From Pseudomonadota bacterium (GTDB taxonomy: Bacteria; Pseudomonadota; Gammaproteobacteria; JAKAQQ01): a stretch of 64,000 nt of DNA. Below, piece by piece: positions 41,593 to 51,334 of this stretch; the first letter of the stretch is position 1, and each line of letters opens with the position of its first letter. The position numbers were made by a program, and so were the translations under genes. The notes beneath the pieces are model-generated. The model ran no database searches. It was given only the letters and a program-made list of their open reading frames with translations, and was not told where the DNA came from. The DNA lies in contig DAHWSH010000056.1 of assembly GCA_027338645.1 (NCBI GenBank), positions 173 to 64,172 of the forward strand. The letters run 5' to 3'.

Positions 41593-42657
41593 TCAGTTAA
41601 TAGACGGGCTGAAATTGAACGTCGGCCTCTCGCAAGTGCTATACCATGGGGAGGTAAATCGATACACCTTTACTGTAGGGAAGTTGGTAATCTGCAGAAG
41701 AATCTTAACGTAGTAGTACCGCAAATCAGTGCCTTCCCCAAATATGTAATAAGGATTCGCTTTAAACGACTCGTGGTAATTTGGTGATAAATATTCGAAT
41801 GTAGCCAAACCATCCGGTGCAGCAGGTCCTATAAGAAGATTAGTTCCGCAGTAATTGGCCTTGTCACATATAAATATGCCTCCCTGCTTCGGCCATGCAC
41901 TCCCAACCACAATGGGGTACCTGCTGTTGTTTGAAACCGTAAACTCAATTTCACACACATGCCCGTTTATCTTCGCCCACTTCGCATCTTTTGCCGCCTG
42001 TTGCGCATCGAATTGTTTTTCGTCCTGTCGATAGTAATAGACATCGATGTTCTGCTGCGCGATTTTTCCAAGGCTACCACCCTGTGCCGCAACCTTTGCC
42101 CACCAGGTCAGCGCTGTGGCTAAATTCTTTGTTACCCCCCGTCCGGTGGCGTATGAATTCGCGAAGTTCTCCTCCGCAGGCGCGTACCCCTGCACTGCTG
42201 CTTTTCCCCACCAATAAACCGCAAGAGCATCATCCTGCGGTACGCCCTTGCCAGAGGAGTACGCATTCCCCAGATTTTGCTCAGCCATCGCGTATCCCTG
42301 ATCTGCTGCTTTTCGATACCAAAAAGCGGATGTCGCCAAATTTTCAGGAACACCCTGACCCACGAAATAGTCAATCCCCAAGCCAAATTCCGCTTCCGCA
42401 TCTCCTTGGTCGGCTGCCTTCTCGAACCAGTACGCAGCTCTCACGTAATTCTGCGGCACGCCCTGACCATAATAGTAGGCAATGCCCAGCTGGGTTTCAG
42501 CGCGTGCATCACCCTGTCTGGCAAGCCTTTCCCATTGACTCAAAGTGCCGGCGTAAGAACAGCCCACTGCCATCGTCCACAGGATCACCACGGCTGCTGC
42601 GATTTGACGAATTACGTGATTGTGACTCGTGACCTTATCCAAACCTTCATGACGCAT
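41593..42657 (-). CDS. secreted (possibly lipo-) Sel1-repeat protein with unassigned Cys-containing C-terminal domain
   Basis: Signal peptide ...IAAAVVILWTMAVGCSYA. Five Sel1/TPR-like repeats (AExxLGxxYxxGxGVxxNxxxAxxWxxKAAxQG). C-terminal ~150 aa (KINGHVCEIEFTVSNNSRYPIVVGSAWPKQGGIFICDKANYCGT...) has no family I recognise. Low-GC codon usage. Confidence 0.6.
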   Translation of the reverse strand: MRHEGLDKVTSHNHVIRQIAAAVVILWTMAVGCSYAGTLSQWERLARQGDARAETQLGIAYYYGQGVPQNYVRAAYWFEKAADQGDAEAEFGLGIDYFVGQGVPENLATSAFWYRKAADQGYAMAEQNLGNAYSSGKGVPQDDALAVYWWGKAAVQGYAPAEENFANSYATGRGVTKNLATALTWWAKVAAQGGSLGKIAQQNIDVYYYRQDEKQFDAQQAAKDAKWAKINGHVCEIEFTVSNNSRYPIVVGSAWPKQGGIFICDKANYCGTNLLIGPAAPDGLATFEYLSPNYHESFKANPYYIFGEGTDLRYYYVKILLQITNFPTVKVYRFTSPWYSTCERPTFNFSPSIN

Positions 42658-42845
42658 CGTGCGATCCTCACGACGGCACATCGGGTGCCTTATCCTACTC
42701 GTTAAATACAGCAGCGTGGCCACGGACACCAACGCCTACCTCCAGCAGATTGGTTTTGAGCGGACGGCCTGAGTCTCCCGCGAGTCCCCGAATGGCGGTG
42801 GTGATCCCGCAGACTCCGATTAGGGGCGTATGCCTTTCGATTTAC

Positions 42846-42922
42846 TGGTCGGGGTGAGAGGATTTGAACCTCCGGCCCCTACGTCCCGAACGTAGTGCTC
42901 TACCAGGCTGAGCTACACCCCG
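42846..42922 (-). tRNA. tRNA-Pro (anticodon CGG)
   Basis: Reverse complement CGGGGTGTAGCTCAGCCTGGTAGAGCACTACGTTCGGGACGTAGGGGCCGGAGGTTCAAATCCTCTCACCCCGACCA; the 3' CCA end faces the low-GC insert. Confidence 0.85.
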
Positions 42923-42972
42923 AAATGCTGCCCATGGTAGCACGGTAGAACCCGCCGCGCCCCTTCGGGTCC

Positions 42973-43980
42973 TCAGAAAACGCGTCGAACGGAAAAATCG
43001 ATAAGTTGTCCCAGTGCCTGAGCGTAAACCGTGGGATCCAACGACTCGATGACATTGCGCGCACTCCGCGCCTCGTGCTCGGCCCGCAACCGCGTGTACT
43101 CCAAGGCATCGGTTTCACGGATGGCGGACAGAACCGTATCCAGCTCGGAAGCTCCCCGGCTTTGGATGGCCACCTCGAGCGCTTGCCGCCGGGCTCCCTC
43201 TGAGACCGCCAGTGCCCGGATGAGCGGCAGTGTCGGCTTCCCTTCCGCGAGGTCTGATCCCACCGTTTTGCCCAACCGCTCGGCCGGGGCGCTGTAATCG
43301 AGCACATCGTCGATCAGTTGGAAAGCCATGCCGACGTGGTGCCCCACCCGGTTCCAACGGGGACGGGCCGCATCCTGACCCGCAGCAACCGCACCCAGCT
43401 CCGCGGCCGCTGCGAACAGGGTCGCGGTCTTCCTGCGGACGATCTCGAAATAATCGGTCTCGGTGGTCTCAAGATTACGGCAGTACATGAGCTGCATCAC
43501 CTCCCCGGAGGCAATGACATTGGTCGCATCCGCCAGAATATCCATGATTTCTTGGCGGTGGAGCGATGCCATAACCTGGAAGGCACGGGAGTAGAGAAAA
43601 TCCCCCACGAGCACACTCGCCTCATTGCCCCAGATGAGGTGGGCCGCCTTGCGTCCGCGCCGGGTTTCGGCATGGTCCACGACATCGTCGTGAAGCAGGG
43701 TAGCCGTATGGATGAACTCCACGACCATCGCGAGATCAATGTGGGCAGTCCCTCGGTAGCCCAGCGCACGCGCCACCAGCATGAGTAATAGAGGCCTGAA
43801 CCGTTTGCCTCCACCACCGATAATGTGGAAGCCGACCCGGTTAACCAGGGGGACATCGGATTGCAGGCAATCGATGATCCGCTGATCCAGTTCTCCCAAG
43901 TCAGCGGTCAGTGGCATCCGGATTCGTTCAAACCCCTCTTGAGGGAGGTCTTGGGCGGCAGTCAGTGTGGCACCGGGCAT
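42973..43980 (-). CDS. ispB: octaprenyl-diphosphate synthase (trans-polyprenyl synthetase)
   Basis: First DDxxD (LLHDDVVDHAETRRG) and second DDxxD (FQLIDDVLDY) motifs; divergent from rplU as in E. coli. Start trimmed to MPGATL. Confidence 0.85.
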   Translation of the reverse strand: MPGATLTAAQDLPQEGFERIRMPLTADLGELDQRIIDCLQSDVPLVNRVGFHIIGGGGKRFRPLLLMLVARALGYRGTAHIDLAMVVEFIHTATLLHDDVVDHAETRRGRKAAHLIWGNEASVLVGDFLYSRAFQVMASLHRQEIMDILADATNVIASGEVMQLMYCRNLETTETDYFEIVRRKTATLFAAAAELGAVAAGQDAARPRWNRVGHHVGMAFQLIDDVLDYSAPAERLGKTVGSDLAEGKPTLPLIRALAVSEGARRQALEVAIQSRGASELDTVLSAIRETDALEYTRLRAEHEARSARNVIESLDPTVYAQALGQLIDFSVRRVF

Positions 43981-44088
43981 GATCACCTCAGGGGATTCGG
44001 TCGTCTGTTCTGCATATTGACCCAGGTCCCCTTTTCGCGATAAAATTGCCCGCTTCCAAGGCAAGATTTTCGGACTAGGAAACGCGCC

Positions 44089-44406
44089 ATGTTTGCAGTC
44101 GTGGCCACTGGTGGCAAACAGTATAAGGTCAAACCGGGACAAATCCTACGGGTGGAGTCCCTTCCGGGCGAGATCGGCTCTCCCATCGACTTCACCGACG
44201 TGCTTCTGGTGGAAGCCGAAGATGGTTCGGTCAAGACCGGCCACCCGTATCTCGCCGGTAGCCGGGTTCGCGGGACCATCCGTGCCCACGGCCAGTCCCC
44301 CAAGGTGGTCACCGTCAAGCTGAGACGGCGTAAAAACTCCCGTCGCAAAGCCGGTCATCGCCAGCCCTATTCAGAAGTTGAAATCTCAAGTATCGAAGTT
44401 TCCTGA
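44089..44406 (+). CDS. rplU: 50S ribosomal protein L21
   Basis: MFAVVATGGKQYKVKPGQILRVESL... classic L21. Confidence 0.9.
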   Translation: MFAVVATGGKQYKVKPGQILRVESLPGEIGSPIDFTDVLLVEAEDGSVKTGHPYLAGSRVRGTIRAHGQSPKVVTVKLRRRKNSRRKAGHRQPYSEVEISSIEVS

Positions 44407-44418
44407 GGAGTCCATCGT

Positions 44419-44685
44419 ATGGCACACAAGAAAGCAGGCGGTTCAAGCCGAAACGGACGCGACTCCCAATCCAAGCGACTCGGCATCAAGCATTTCGGGG
44501 GTGAACAGGTCACCGCGGGTGCCATCATTGTCCGCCAGCGGGGAACCCGGATCCTGCCGGGAACCCACGTCGGCGTCGGCCGGGATCACACGCTCTTCGC
44601 ACTCGTGACGGGGAAAGTCGACTTCCGGAAGAAGCACCGGATTGGGAAAACAATCGTCCATATTCAGCCAGTGAGTGGCGACTAG
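44419..44685 (+). CDS. rpmA: 50S ribosomal protein L27
   Basis: [48 protein letters not shown]... Confidence 0.9.
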   Translation: MAHKKAGGSSRNGRDSQSKRLGIKHFGGEQVTAGAIIVRQRGTRILPGTHVGVGRDHTLFALVTGKVDFRKKHRIGKTIVHIQPVSGD

Positions 44686-44753
44686 AACCCCCCACCCAAC
44701 CCGTCGAAGCCCTCCCCTCCACCGCTCCCGGTGACTTCGCTCCGAGTGCGCCC

Positions 44754-45800
44754 ATGAAGTTCGTAGATGAAGCCACGATCCGTGTCATCGCCGGAACGGG
44801 AGGGGCTGGTTGTGTCAGTTTTCGTCGGGAAAAGTTCGTACCCCGAGGCGGACCCGACGGCGGTAATGGAGGATCAGGTGGATCGATTTTCCTCGCGGGG
44901 ATGCGCGGTCTTAATACGCTCGTCGATTTCCGCTTCCACCGGCTGTGGCAGGCTCCGGGCGGGCGCCCCGGATCGGGGAGCCGCCGCACGGGAGCCAGCG
45001 GGGAGGACTGCATCGTCCCCATTCCCTTGGGAACCCTGGTTTTCGACGAGTCGAGCGGTGAATACCTGGGAGAAGTCACCCGGGATGGCGAGCGTTTACT
45101 GGTTGCCCGCGGAGGACGTGGAGGTCTCGGCAACACCCACTTCAAGTCGTCGACCCGGCAAGCACCACGCCGATCCACTCCCGGCCAGGCAGGGGAGGAA
45201 CGCAATCTCCACCTGGAACTCCGCCTGCTCGCAGATGTGGGGCTTTTGGGAATGCCCAATGCCGGCAAGTCCTCCTTGCTCCGGGCGTTATCCGAGGCTC
45301 GCCCCAAAGTGGCGGACTATCCATTCACTACCCTCATCCCGCAATTGGGCTGGGTCCACCGGGAGGAAGATGCGGGATTTTTCGTCGCCGACATTCCCGG
45401 GCTCATCGCGGGTGCCGCCGAGGGTCGCGGTCTTGGCACCCGGTTCCTGAAGCACCTCTCGCGCACCCGCCTGCTGTTCCATGTCGTGGACCTGAGCCTG
45501 GGTGAACCCGACGAACTGATCCAGCGAATCACGGAAATCGAAGCGGAACTCACCCGCTACGATCGCTCCCTCGCCGACCGTCCCATCTGGCTTCTGCTCA
45601 ATAAAACCGACCTGCTCTCACCGGCCGAAGCCCTCCGCCGGCGCGAGAGGCTCACCGCGATCGATCCCCGAAGTCCCCGACCCTGGTTTCTGATCTCAGC
45701 ACTCACGAGGCAAGGGCTCGAGGAACTGGTCACTCAAGCCTATCTTTTTTTAAATACCCAGATGGAAAACCGTGCGGGCCCCGAGGTCGGGCCAAGATAG
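44754..45800 (+). CDS. obgE: GTPase Obg/CgtA
   Basis: MKFVDEATIRVIAGTGGAGCVSFRREKFVPRGGPDGGNGGSGGSIFL... Obg fold; G-domain GMPNAGKSSLL, DIPGLIAGAAEG; rplU-rpmA-obg synteny. Confidence 0.9.
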   Translation: MKFVDEATIRVIAGTGGAGCVSFRREKFVPRGGPDGGNGGSGGSIFLAGMRGLNTLVDFRFHRLWQAPGGRPGSGSRRTGASGEDCIVPIPLGTLVFDESSGEYLGEVTRDGERLLVARGGRGGLGNTHFKSSTRQAPRRSTPGQAGEERNLHLELRLLADVGLLGMPNAGKSSLLRALSEARPKVADYPFTTLIPQLGWVHREEDAGFFVADIPGLIAGAAEGRGLGTRFLKHLSRTRLLFHVVDLSLGEPDELIQRITEIEAELTRYDRSLADRPIWLLLNKTDLLSPAEALRRRERLTAIDPRSPRPWFLISALTRQGLEELVTQAYLFLNTQMENRAGPEVGPR

Positions 45801-45828
45801 ACATACAGCACCCGACAAGCGGTGAGGA

Positions 45829-46116
45829 TCAGCCTGACTTACGGGCAACCCCGGTAACGAGCTTCTTGACGTTGCGGTTGAGTCGCGACTTCAGTCGTGC
45901 CGCATGATTGCGGTGGACGATCCCTTTCCGGACAGCCCGGTCCAAAAGGGAGGATGCTCCCTGGAAAGCCTGTTGAGCCTCCTCAGCAGTTCCTTTGGCC
46001 ACGGCTTCGCGTGCCCGACGAATCCCCGTACGGACGGTGGAACGCATTGCCACGTTGGCGAGGCGCCGCCGTTCGGACTGACGTACACGTTTCTTGGCTT
46101 GGCGAGTATTGGCCAA
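45829..46116 (-). CDS. rpsT: 30S ribosomal protein S20
   Basis: MANTRQAKKRVRQSERRRLAN... parallels E. coli S20 ([21 protein letters not shown]...). Confidence 0.9.
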   Translation of the reverse strand: MANTRQAKKRVRQSERRRLANVAMRSTVRTGIRRAREAVAKGTAEEAQQAFQGASSLLDRAVRKGIVHRNHAARLKSRLNRNVKKLVTGVARKSG

Positions 46117-46155
46117 TCGACTCTCCGCTTCGGGAATCCTGGATGACGGGCGTTA

Positions 46156-49100
46156 TTATGACGCAGAACGGGCTTTTTTCGCAACTCGCGAGGTCAGCTG
46201 CTTCGCTCGCCGATCTGCCGGCCGAGGCTCATAGGCCAGGGAGGGCGCGAGCCATCGCTCCGCCTCCTCGAGGCTCCATCCCTTGCGCCGCGCATAGTCC
46301 TCGACCTGATCCTGCATGATCCGGCCCACGGCGAAGTAACGGGAACGAGGATGAGAAAAATAAAAGCCACAGACCGAAGCTGCCGGCCACATGGCGAAAC
46401 TTTCGGTCAGACGGATTCCGGTCCGTTCCTCGACCTGGAGAACCCTGAATAGGGTGGCTTTTTCGGCATGGTCCGGACAGGCCGGGTAGCCCGGTGCAGG
46501 CCGGATCCCCTGGAAAGCCTCGTCGAGCAGGCGGTCCGGCCCGAGAGACTCGTCTTTTGCATAACCCCAGAACTCACGGCGGACCCGCTCATGAAGCCGT
46601 TCAGCCAGCGCCTCGGCCAAACGGTCGGCCAAGGCCTTGAGCAGGATGGCTCCATAATCATCATGATCCGCCGTAAACCGTTCGAGCACCTGTTCCAGCC
46701 CCACTCCGGCGGTGACCGCGAAAAGACCGATCCAGTCCGTCTGGTCACCCGCCACAGGGGACACAAAATCGGCTAGACAGGCATTGGGCCGACCCGGTGG
46801 TTTCTCATCCTGCTGACGCAGAAAGTGGAAATCGGCCGGGCCTCCTTTGCCGGGAATGGTCAGTCTGATGTCGTCGTCACCGATCCGGGACGCCGGATAA
46901 AGACCGAAAATGGCTTGTGCCTCAAGCCAACCCTCACCGACAATTTTTCCGAGCATCTCGCGGGCATCATCGAAAAGGCGGCGTGCCGCCTCTCCCCGCT
47001 CCGGGTCATCCAAAATCCGGGGATAACTGGCCTTGAGTTGCCAGACGTGGAAAAAGGGGGTCCAGTCGATGTAGGGAACAAGTTCCTCAAGCGGATAGGG
47101 GGTAATCACCCGGGGGGTGATCTCCTTCGGTCGGGGCGGCTCGTAGTCCTTCCAGTCAATGACCGTTCGGTTCTGCCGTGCAGTCTTGAGCGTAAGCCAG
47201 GAATCTTTCCGCGTTGAGGCTGCGTGGTCTTCCCGGACCCGCCGGTAGTCCTGTCGGATCTCCTCGATGAACGCAGGCGCATCTGCTCCCAAAAGTCGGC
47301 TGGTGACCGCGACGGCCCGCGAAGCATCCTTGACATGAACCACGGGCGCTTCGTAGCGCGGGGCGATCCGCAGCGCGGTATGGGTACGCGAGGTCGTCGC
47401 CCCACCGATCAGCAAAGGCATGACGAATCCCGCCCGCTGCATCTCCTCCGCGACCCGGCTCATTTCCTCGAGGGAGGGGGTAATGAGCCCGGATAATCCG
47501 ATGAGATCGACGGCCTCGCTGCGGGCCGTCTCGATGATCCGCTCGGCTGGCGTCATCACCCCGAGATCGATCACCTCGAAGTTATTACAGGCCAAAACGA
47601 CACCCACGATGTTTTTACCGATGTCGTGCACGTCCCCCTTGACCGTGGCCATCAGGATACGGCCGCGGCTTTTGGCTCCGGGAGCCTTCTCTGCTTCGAT
47701 GTAGGGGACCAAGTAGGCCACGGCTTTTTTCATGACCCGCGCAGACTTGACCACCTGAGGCAGGAACATGCGTCCGCTGCCGAACAAGTCACCGACCACG
47801 TTCATCCCCTCCATGAGCGGTCCCTCAATCACCGCAATCGCACGGTCAACAGACTGCCGAGCGAGCTCCGTATCCTCCTCGATGTAGGTGGCGACCCCTT
47901 GCACCAAGGCATGACGCAGGCGCTCGGCGACCGGCCAGTTCCGCCATGCCAGGGCACTCTCCCCACCGCTCTGTGGAGCTTCCCACCGTCCAACCCAGTT
48001 GACGAGTCGCTCGGCGGCATCGGTCCTGCGGAACAGGACCAAGTCCTCGACCCGTTCTCGAAGATCGGGGGCAATCTCCTCATACACCGGAAGGGCGCCG
48101 GCATTCACGATGCCCATATCGAGACCGGCCTCAATCGCGTGATAGAGAAAGACCGCGTGGATGGCTTCCCGGACCAGCCGGTTACCCCGAAAGGAGAAGG
48201 AAACGTTGCTGACCCCGCCCGAGATCAGGGAGTCGGGCAGGCGAGTCTTGAGAACGCGGGTGGCCTCGAAAAAATCCAGCGCGTAGCGGTCATGGGCTTC
48301 AATTCCGGTTCCAATGGCGAAAATATTGGGGTCCACCACGATGTCGTGCGGACTAAACCCAGCCTCCCCCCGGAGCAGTTGACAGGCCCTTTCACACACG
48401 GCGATCCGTCGTTCCAGCGTATCCGCCTGCCCGGCTTCGTCGAATGCCATGACGACAACGGCAGCCCCGAAGCGACGGATCAGGCGGGCCCGTTTCACGA
48501 ACTCCGCCTCCCCATCCTTGAGACTGATCGAGTTGACCACTGCTCGACCCTGAACATTCTGGAGACCCGCCACGAGCGTCGGCCAATGGGAGGAATCAAT
48601 CATGACCGGCACCCGGGCAATGTCCGGTTCGGCCGTGAGCAGGCGCAGGAACTTCGTCATGGCCTCTGGCCCATCCAGCAGAGCCTCGTCCATATTGATA
48701 TCGAGAATCTGCGCACCCTGTTCAACTTGTTCACGCGCAACGGCCAGTGCCGCCTCGAAATCCCCCTCGAGGATCAGCTTCTTGAACCGAGCCGAACCGG
48801 TCACATTGGTGCGCTCGCCAATATTGATAAACAGGTGGCTCGCACCGATGCGGAGGGGTTCGAGACCGGCCAGACCCAGGGCGGGATCGGGCGCCGCCGG
48901 CTCTCGTGGGCTGAGTCCGTGAACGGCTCGGGCGAACGCACGGATATGAGCCGGGGTCGTCCCGCAGCATCCCCCGACGATATTGACCCAGCCTGCTCGT
49001 GCCCAGTCGCCGATCTCCCGGGCCATCTCCTCGGGCGACTCCTCATATTGTCCCAACGCGTTGGGCAGTCCCGCGTTGGGATGGGCACTGACCGGACAGT

Positions 49101-49890
49101 CGGCCAGCCGGGCGAGTTCGGCAACCGAGGCGCGGAGCTCACGGGGACCAAGCGCGCAGTTAAGCCCGACACACGCCGGAAGGAATGGGCGCACCGAATA
49201 CCAGAAGGCCTCGAGCGTCTGTCCGGATAGCATGCGGCCGGAACGGTCGGTCATCGTGGCCGAAATCATGACCGGCAGGATCTGGCCCCGGGAAGCGAAC
49301 AGACCCTCCAGGGCGAACAGGGCCGCCTTTGCGTTCAGGGTGTCGAAAATCGTTTCGACCATGAGGCAGTCGGCCCCACCGTCCATGAGGCCCCGCGCTG
49401 CTTCCTCGTAGGCCTGGACGAGTTCGTCGAAATCAACGGCACGGGCTCCGGGATCACCCACCTCGGCGGACATCGAGGCCATCCGATTGGTCGGACCCAA
49501 GACACCCACCACGTAGCGGGGGCGATCCGGTGTCCGCTCGCTCCAGATGGCCGTGGCCGCCCGGGCCAGACGTGCTCCCTCCCGGTTCAGTTCATAGACC
49601 AGATCCCGAGTTCCATAATCGGCCTGAGCGATGGCGGTGGAATTGAAGGTATTGGTTTCGATCAGATCGGCACCCGCCTCCAGATAGGCATTGTGGATCC
49701 GAGAAATCCGTTCCGGGCAGGTCAGGTTGAGCAGGTCATTGTTACCCTTGAGATCCTGCGGATGCCCGGCAAAACGCCCCCCCCGGAAATCAGCCTCCGA
49801 AAGGCCCAAACGCTGGATTTCGGTTCCCATGGCGCCGTCGAGCATCAGGATCCGGGCTCGGATGAGTGTCTGGAACTCATGAACCTTCAT
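46156..49890 (-). CDS. metH: B12-dependent methionine synthase
   Basis: About 1244 aa: Hcy-binding TIM barrel (LMLDGAMGT...), pterin-binding, B12-binding ([23 protein letters not shown]) and AdoMet-reactivation domains. Start trimmed to MKVHEFQ. Confidence 0.9.
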   Translation of the reverse strand: MKVHEFQTLIRARILMLDGAMGTEIQRLGLSEADFRGGRFAGHPQDLKGNNDLLNLTCPERISRIHNAYLEAGADLIETNTFNSTAIAQADYGTRDLVYELNREGARLARAATAIWSERTPDRPRYVVGVLGPTNRMASMSAEVGDPGARAVDFDELVQAYEEAARGLMDGGADCLMVETIFDTLNAKAALFALEGLFASRGQILPVMISATMTDRSGRMLSGQTLEAFWYSVRPFLPACVGLNCALGPRELRASVAELARLADCPVSAHPNAGLPNALGQYEESPEEMAREIGDWARAGWVNIVGGCCGTTPAHIRAFARAVHGLSPREPAAPDPALGLAGLEPLRIGASHLFINIGERTNVTGSARFKKLILEGDFEAALAVAREQVEQGAQILDINMDEALLDGPEAMTKFLRLLTAEPDIARVPVMIDSSHWPTLVAGLQNVQGRAVVNSISLKDGEAEFVKRARLIRRFGAAVVVMAFDEAGQADTLERRIAVCERACQLLRGEAGFSPHDIVVDPNIFAIGTGIEAHDRYALDFFEATRVLKTRLPDSLISGGVSNVSFSFRGNRLVREAIHAVFLYHAIEAGLDMGIVNAGALPVYEEIAPDLRERVEDLVLFRRTDAAERLVNWVGRWEAPQSGGESALAWRNWPVAERLRHALVQGVATYIEEDTELARQSVDRAIAVIEGPLMEGMNVVGDLFGSGRMFLPQVVKSARVMKKAVAYLVPYIEAEKAPGAKSRGRILMATVKGDVHDIGKNIVGVVLACNNFEVIDLGVMTPAERIIETARSEAVDLIGLSGLITPSLEEMSRVAEEMQRAGFVMPLLIGGATTSRTHTALRIAPRYEAPVVHVKDASRAVAVTSRLLGADAPAFIEEIRQDYRRVREDHAASTRKDSWLTLKTARQNRTVIDWKDYEPPRPKEITPRVITPYPLEELVPYIDWTPFFHVWQLKASYPRILDDPERGEAARRLFDDAREMLGKIVGEGWLEAQAIFGLYPASRIGDDDIRLTIPGKGGPADFHFLRQQDEKPPGRPNACLADFVSPVAGDQTDWIGLFAVTAGVGLEQVLERFTADHDDYGAILLKALADRLAEALAERLHERVRREFWGYAKDESLGPDRLLDEAFQGIRPAPGYPACPDHAEKATLFRVLQVEERTGIRLTESFAMWPAASVCGFYFSHPRSRYFAVGRIMQDQVEDYARRKGWSLEEAERWLAPSLAYEPRPADRRAKQLTSRVAKKARSAS

Positions 49891-49894
49891 AGGA

Positions 49895-50833
49895 TCAGTC
49901 CTGCCACGCAACGGTCGGCAATCTCCCCGGACGCACTTCCCTTTCGCGCACGCCGAGGAAGCGGCAAACCGCACGAGTCAGCTCCGCCCGGTTCAGGGTG
50001 TAGAAATGAAAGGCTTCGACACCTTCACGGAAGAGCTCCTGACAGAGCCCAGCCGTCACATGGGCGCCCACCAGTCTGCCCGTTTCGGGTTCCTGATCGA
50101 GCCCGGCAAAAAGCTGCTCCAGCCAAGGGGGGACCTGGGCTCCACAGCGGGCGCTGATCCGCTGGAGCTGTCCAAAATCCGTAACCGGGAGGATCCCGGG
50201 CACGAGTGGCATCCGGATCCCGGCCCGGATCGCCTCATCCCGGAACCGGAGAAACACCTCGGGATCGAAAAAATACTGGGTGATGGCCCGAGACGCCCCT
50301 GCCGCCTCCTTGCGCTTCAGTTGCTCCAGATCTGCCTTGCGGGAGGTGGAATCCGGATGACCCTCGGGATGGGCAGCCACACTGATTTCGAAGTCCGCGA
50401 ACGCACGGATGCCGGCCACGAGATCGACCGCCCCGGCGTAACCCCCGGGATGGGGAACGAATGCACCACTTCCGGACGGTGGATCACCCCGCAGGGCGAC
50501 GAGATGCCGGATACCGGCCCGCCAGTATCGTTCGAGAATGTCACGAATCTCTTCACGGCTGGCCCCGACACAGGTGAGATGGGCGGCCGGCTCGATCGGG
50601 GTGCGTTGCCTTACGGCCACCACCATTTCGTGCGTCCGCTCGCGCGTTCGTCCTCCGGCTCCATACGTGATCGATACAAAGTCTGGTGCCAGCGGGGTCA
50701 GCTGGTCCATGACCGACCAGAACTGCCGGGCCAGCCGCGGCGTTGCAGGCGGGAAAAACTCGAAGGAGACCCGGGGAGAGGCCGACCTTCGGCTTCGTCC
50801 CTTTGAGCTTCCTCCCGCTCCGGATCCGGTCAT
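49895..50833 (-). CDS. metF: 5,10-methylenetetrahydrofolate reductase
   Basis: [11 protein letters not shown]..., [43 protein letters not shown] all match MetF. 5 bp upstream of metH, so a metF-metH operon. Start trimmed to Met70 of the ORF. Confidence 0.85.
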   Translation of the reverse strand: MTGSGAGGSSKGRSRRSASPRVSFEFFPPATPRLARQFWSVMDQLTPLAPDFVSITYGAGGRTRERTHEMVVAVRQRTPIEPAAHLTCVGASREEIRDILERYWRAGIRHLVALRGDPPSGSGAFVPHPGGYAGAVDLVAGIRAFADFEISVAAHPEGHPDSTSRKADLEQLKRKEAAGASRAITQYFFDPEVFLRFRDEAIRAGIRMPLVPGILPVTDFGQLQRISARCGAQVPPWLEQLFAGLDQEPETGRLVGAHVTAGLCQELFREGVEAFHFYTLNRAELTRAVCRFLGVREREVRPGRLPTVAWQD

Positions 50834-50948
50834 CCTTCCGTATACCCGGTTCGGGACCACTCGGCCGGGCCGGAACCATCCCGCATTCCACGTGGCCGAA
50901 CCCCGAGGCCAGTATGAGCCCCCTTCACGGACATTACATCGAACGACA

Positions 50949-50983
50949 TAAAAAAACCCGCTCCACATAACGGCTGGAGCAGG
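50949..50983 (-). terminator. intrinsic-terminator-like hairpin plus U-tract in the metF 5' leader (candidate attenuator or riboswitch expression platform)
   Basis: Minus-strand RNA: CCGCUCCAGCCGUUAUGUGGAGCGG followed by GUUUUUUUAU, about 115 nt upstream of the metF start and too far (about 350 nt) from the upstream gene's stop. Confidence 0.5.
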
Positions 50984-51334
50984 TTCCCGATCGGTACCCG
51001 CTTTAGCCGTATTTATAAGGCGCCCGCAAGCTAGGATCAAATCGGCGCCAGACCGACTGTTAGACTAACGCCGCTGTCGGTTCATGTCAAGCCAGTGTAT
51101 TCGTCCAGTCCCTTTGTCACTCAGGGTGGTAGGTGAGGAGCCCTGGAGCTGCGCGACACCAATACCCAGATGGATCCCGTCTGGCGCTCCGTCAAAAGCT
51201 CCGCACGACGACCCCTTCAGCGCAGACGGCGTCTTTCATGTACATCGCGTTCGCGAGATCCGCCCCGCGGGTCTCCAACGAAGAACATCCGGGACGGGGG
51301 CGCACGACACGCTCGCGCCCCCCAACCCCATGAT

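Larger units (their letters stand above)
38832..42845. mobile_element. lower-GC insert abutting the 3' end of tRNA-Pro (putative genomic islet; no integrase retained)
   Basis: Non-coding stretches 38.83-39.49 kb and 41.30-41.59 kb and the Sel1 gene are visibly AT-richer than the flanks (e.g. aaatatgtaataaggattcgctttaaacg). Bounded by the tRNA-Pro 3' end. Carries two genes with no housekeeping synteny. Confidence 0.45.
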
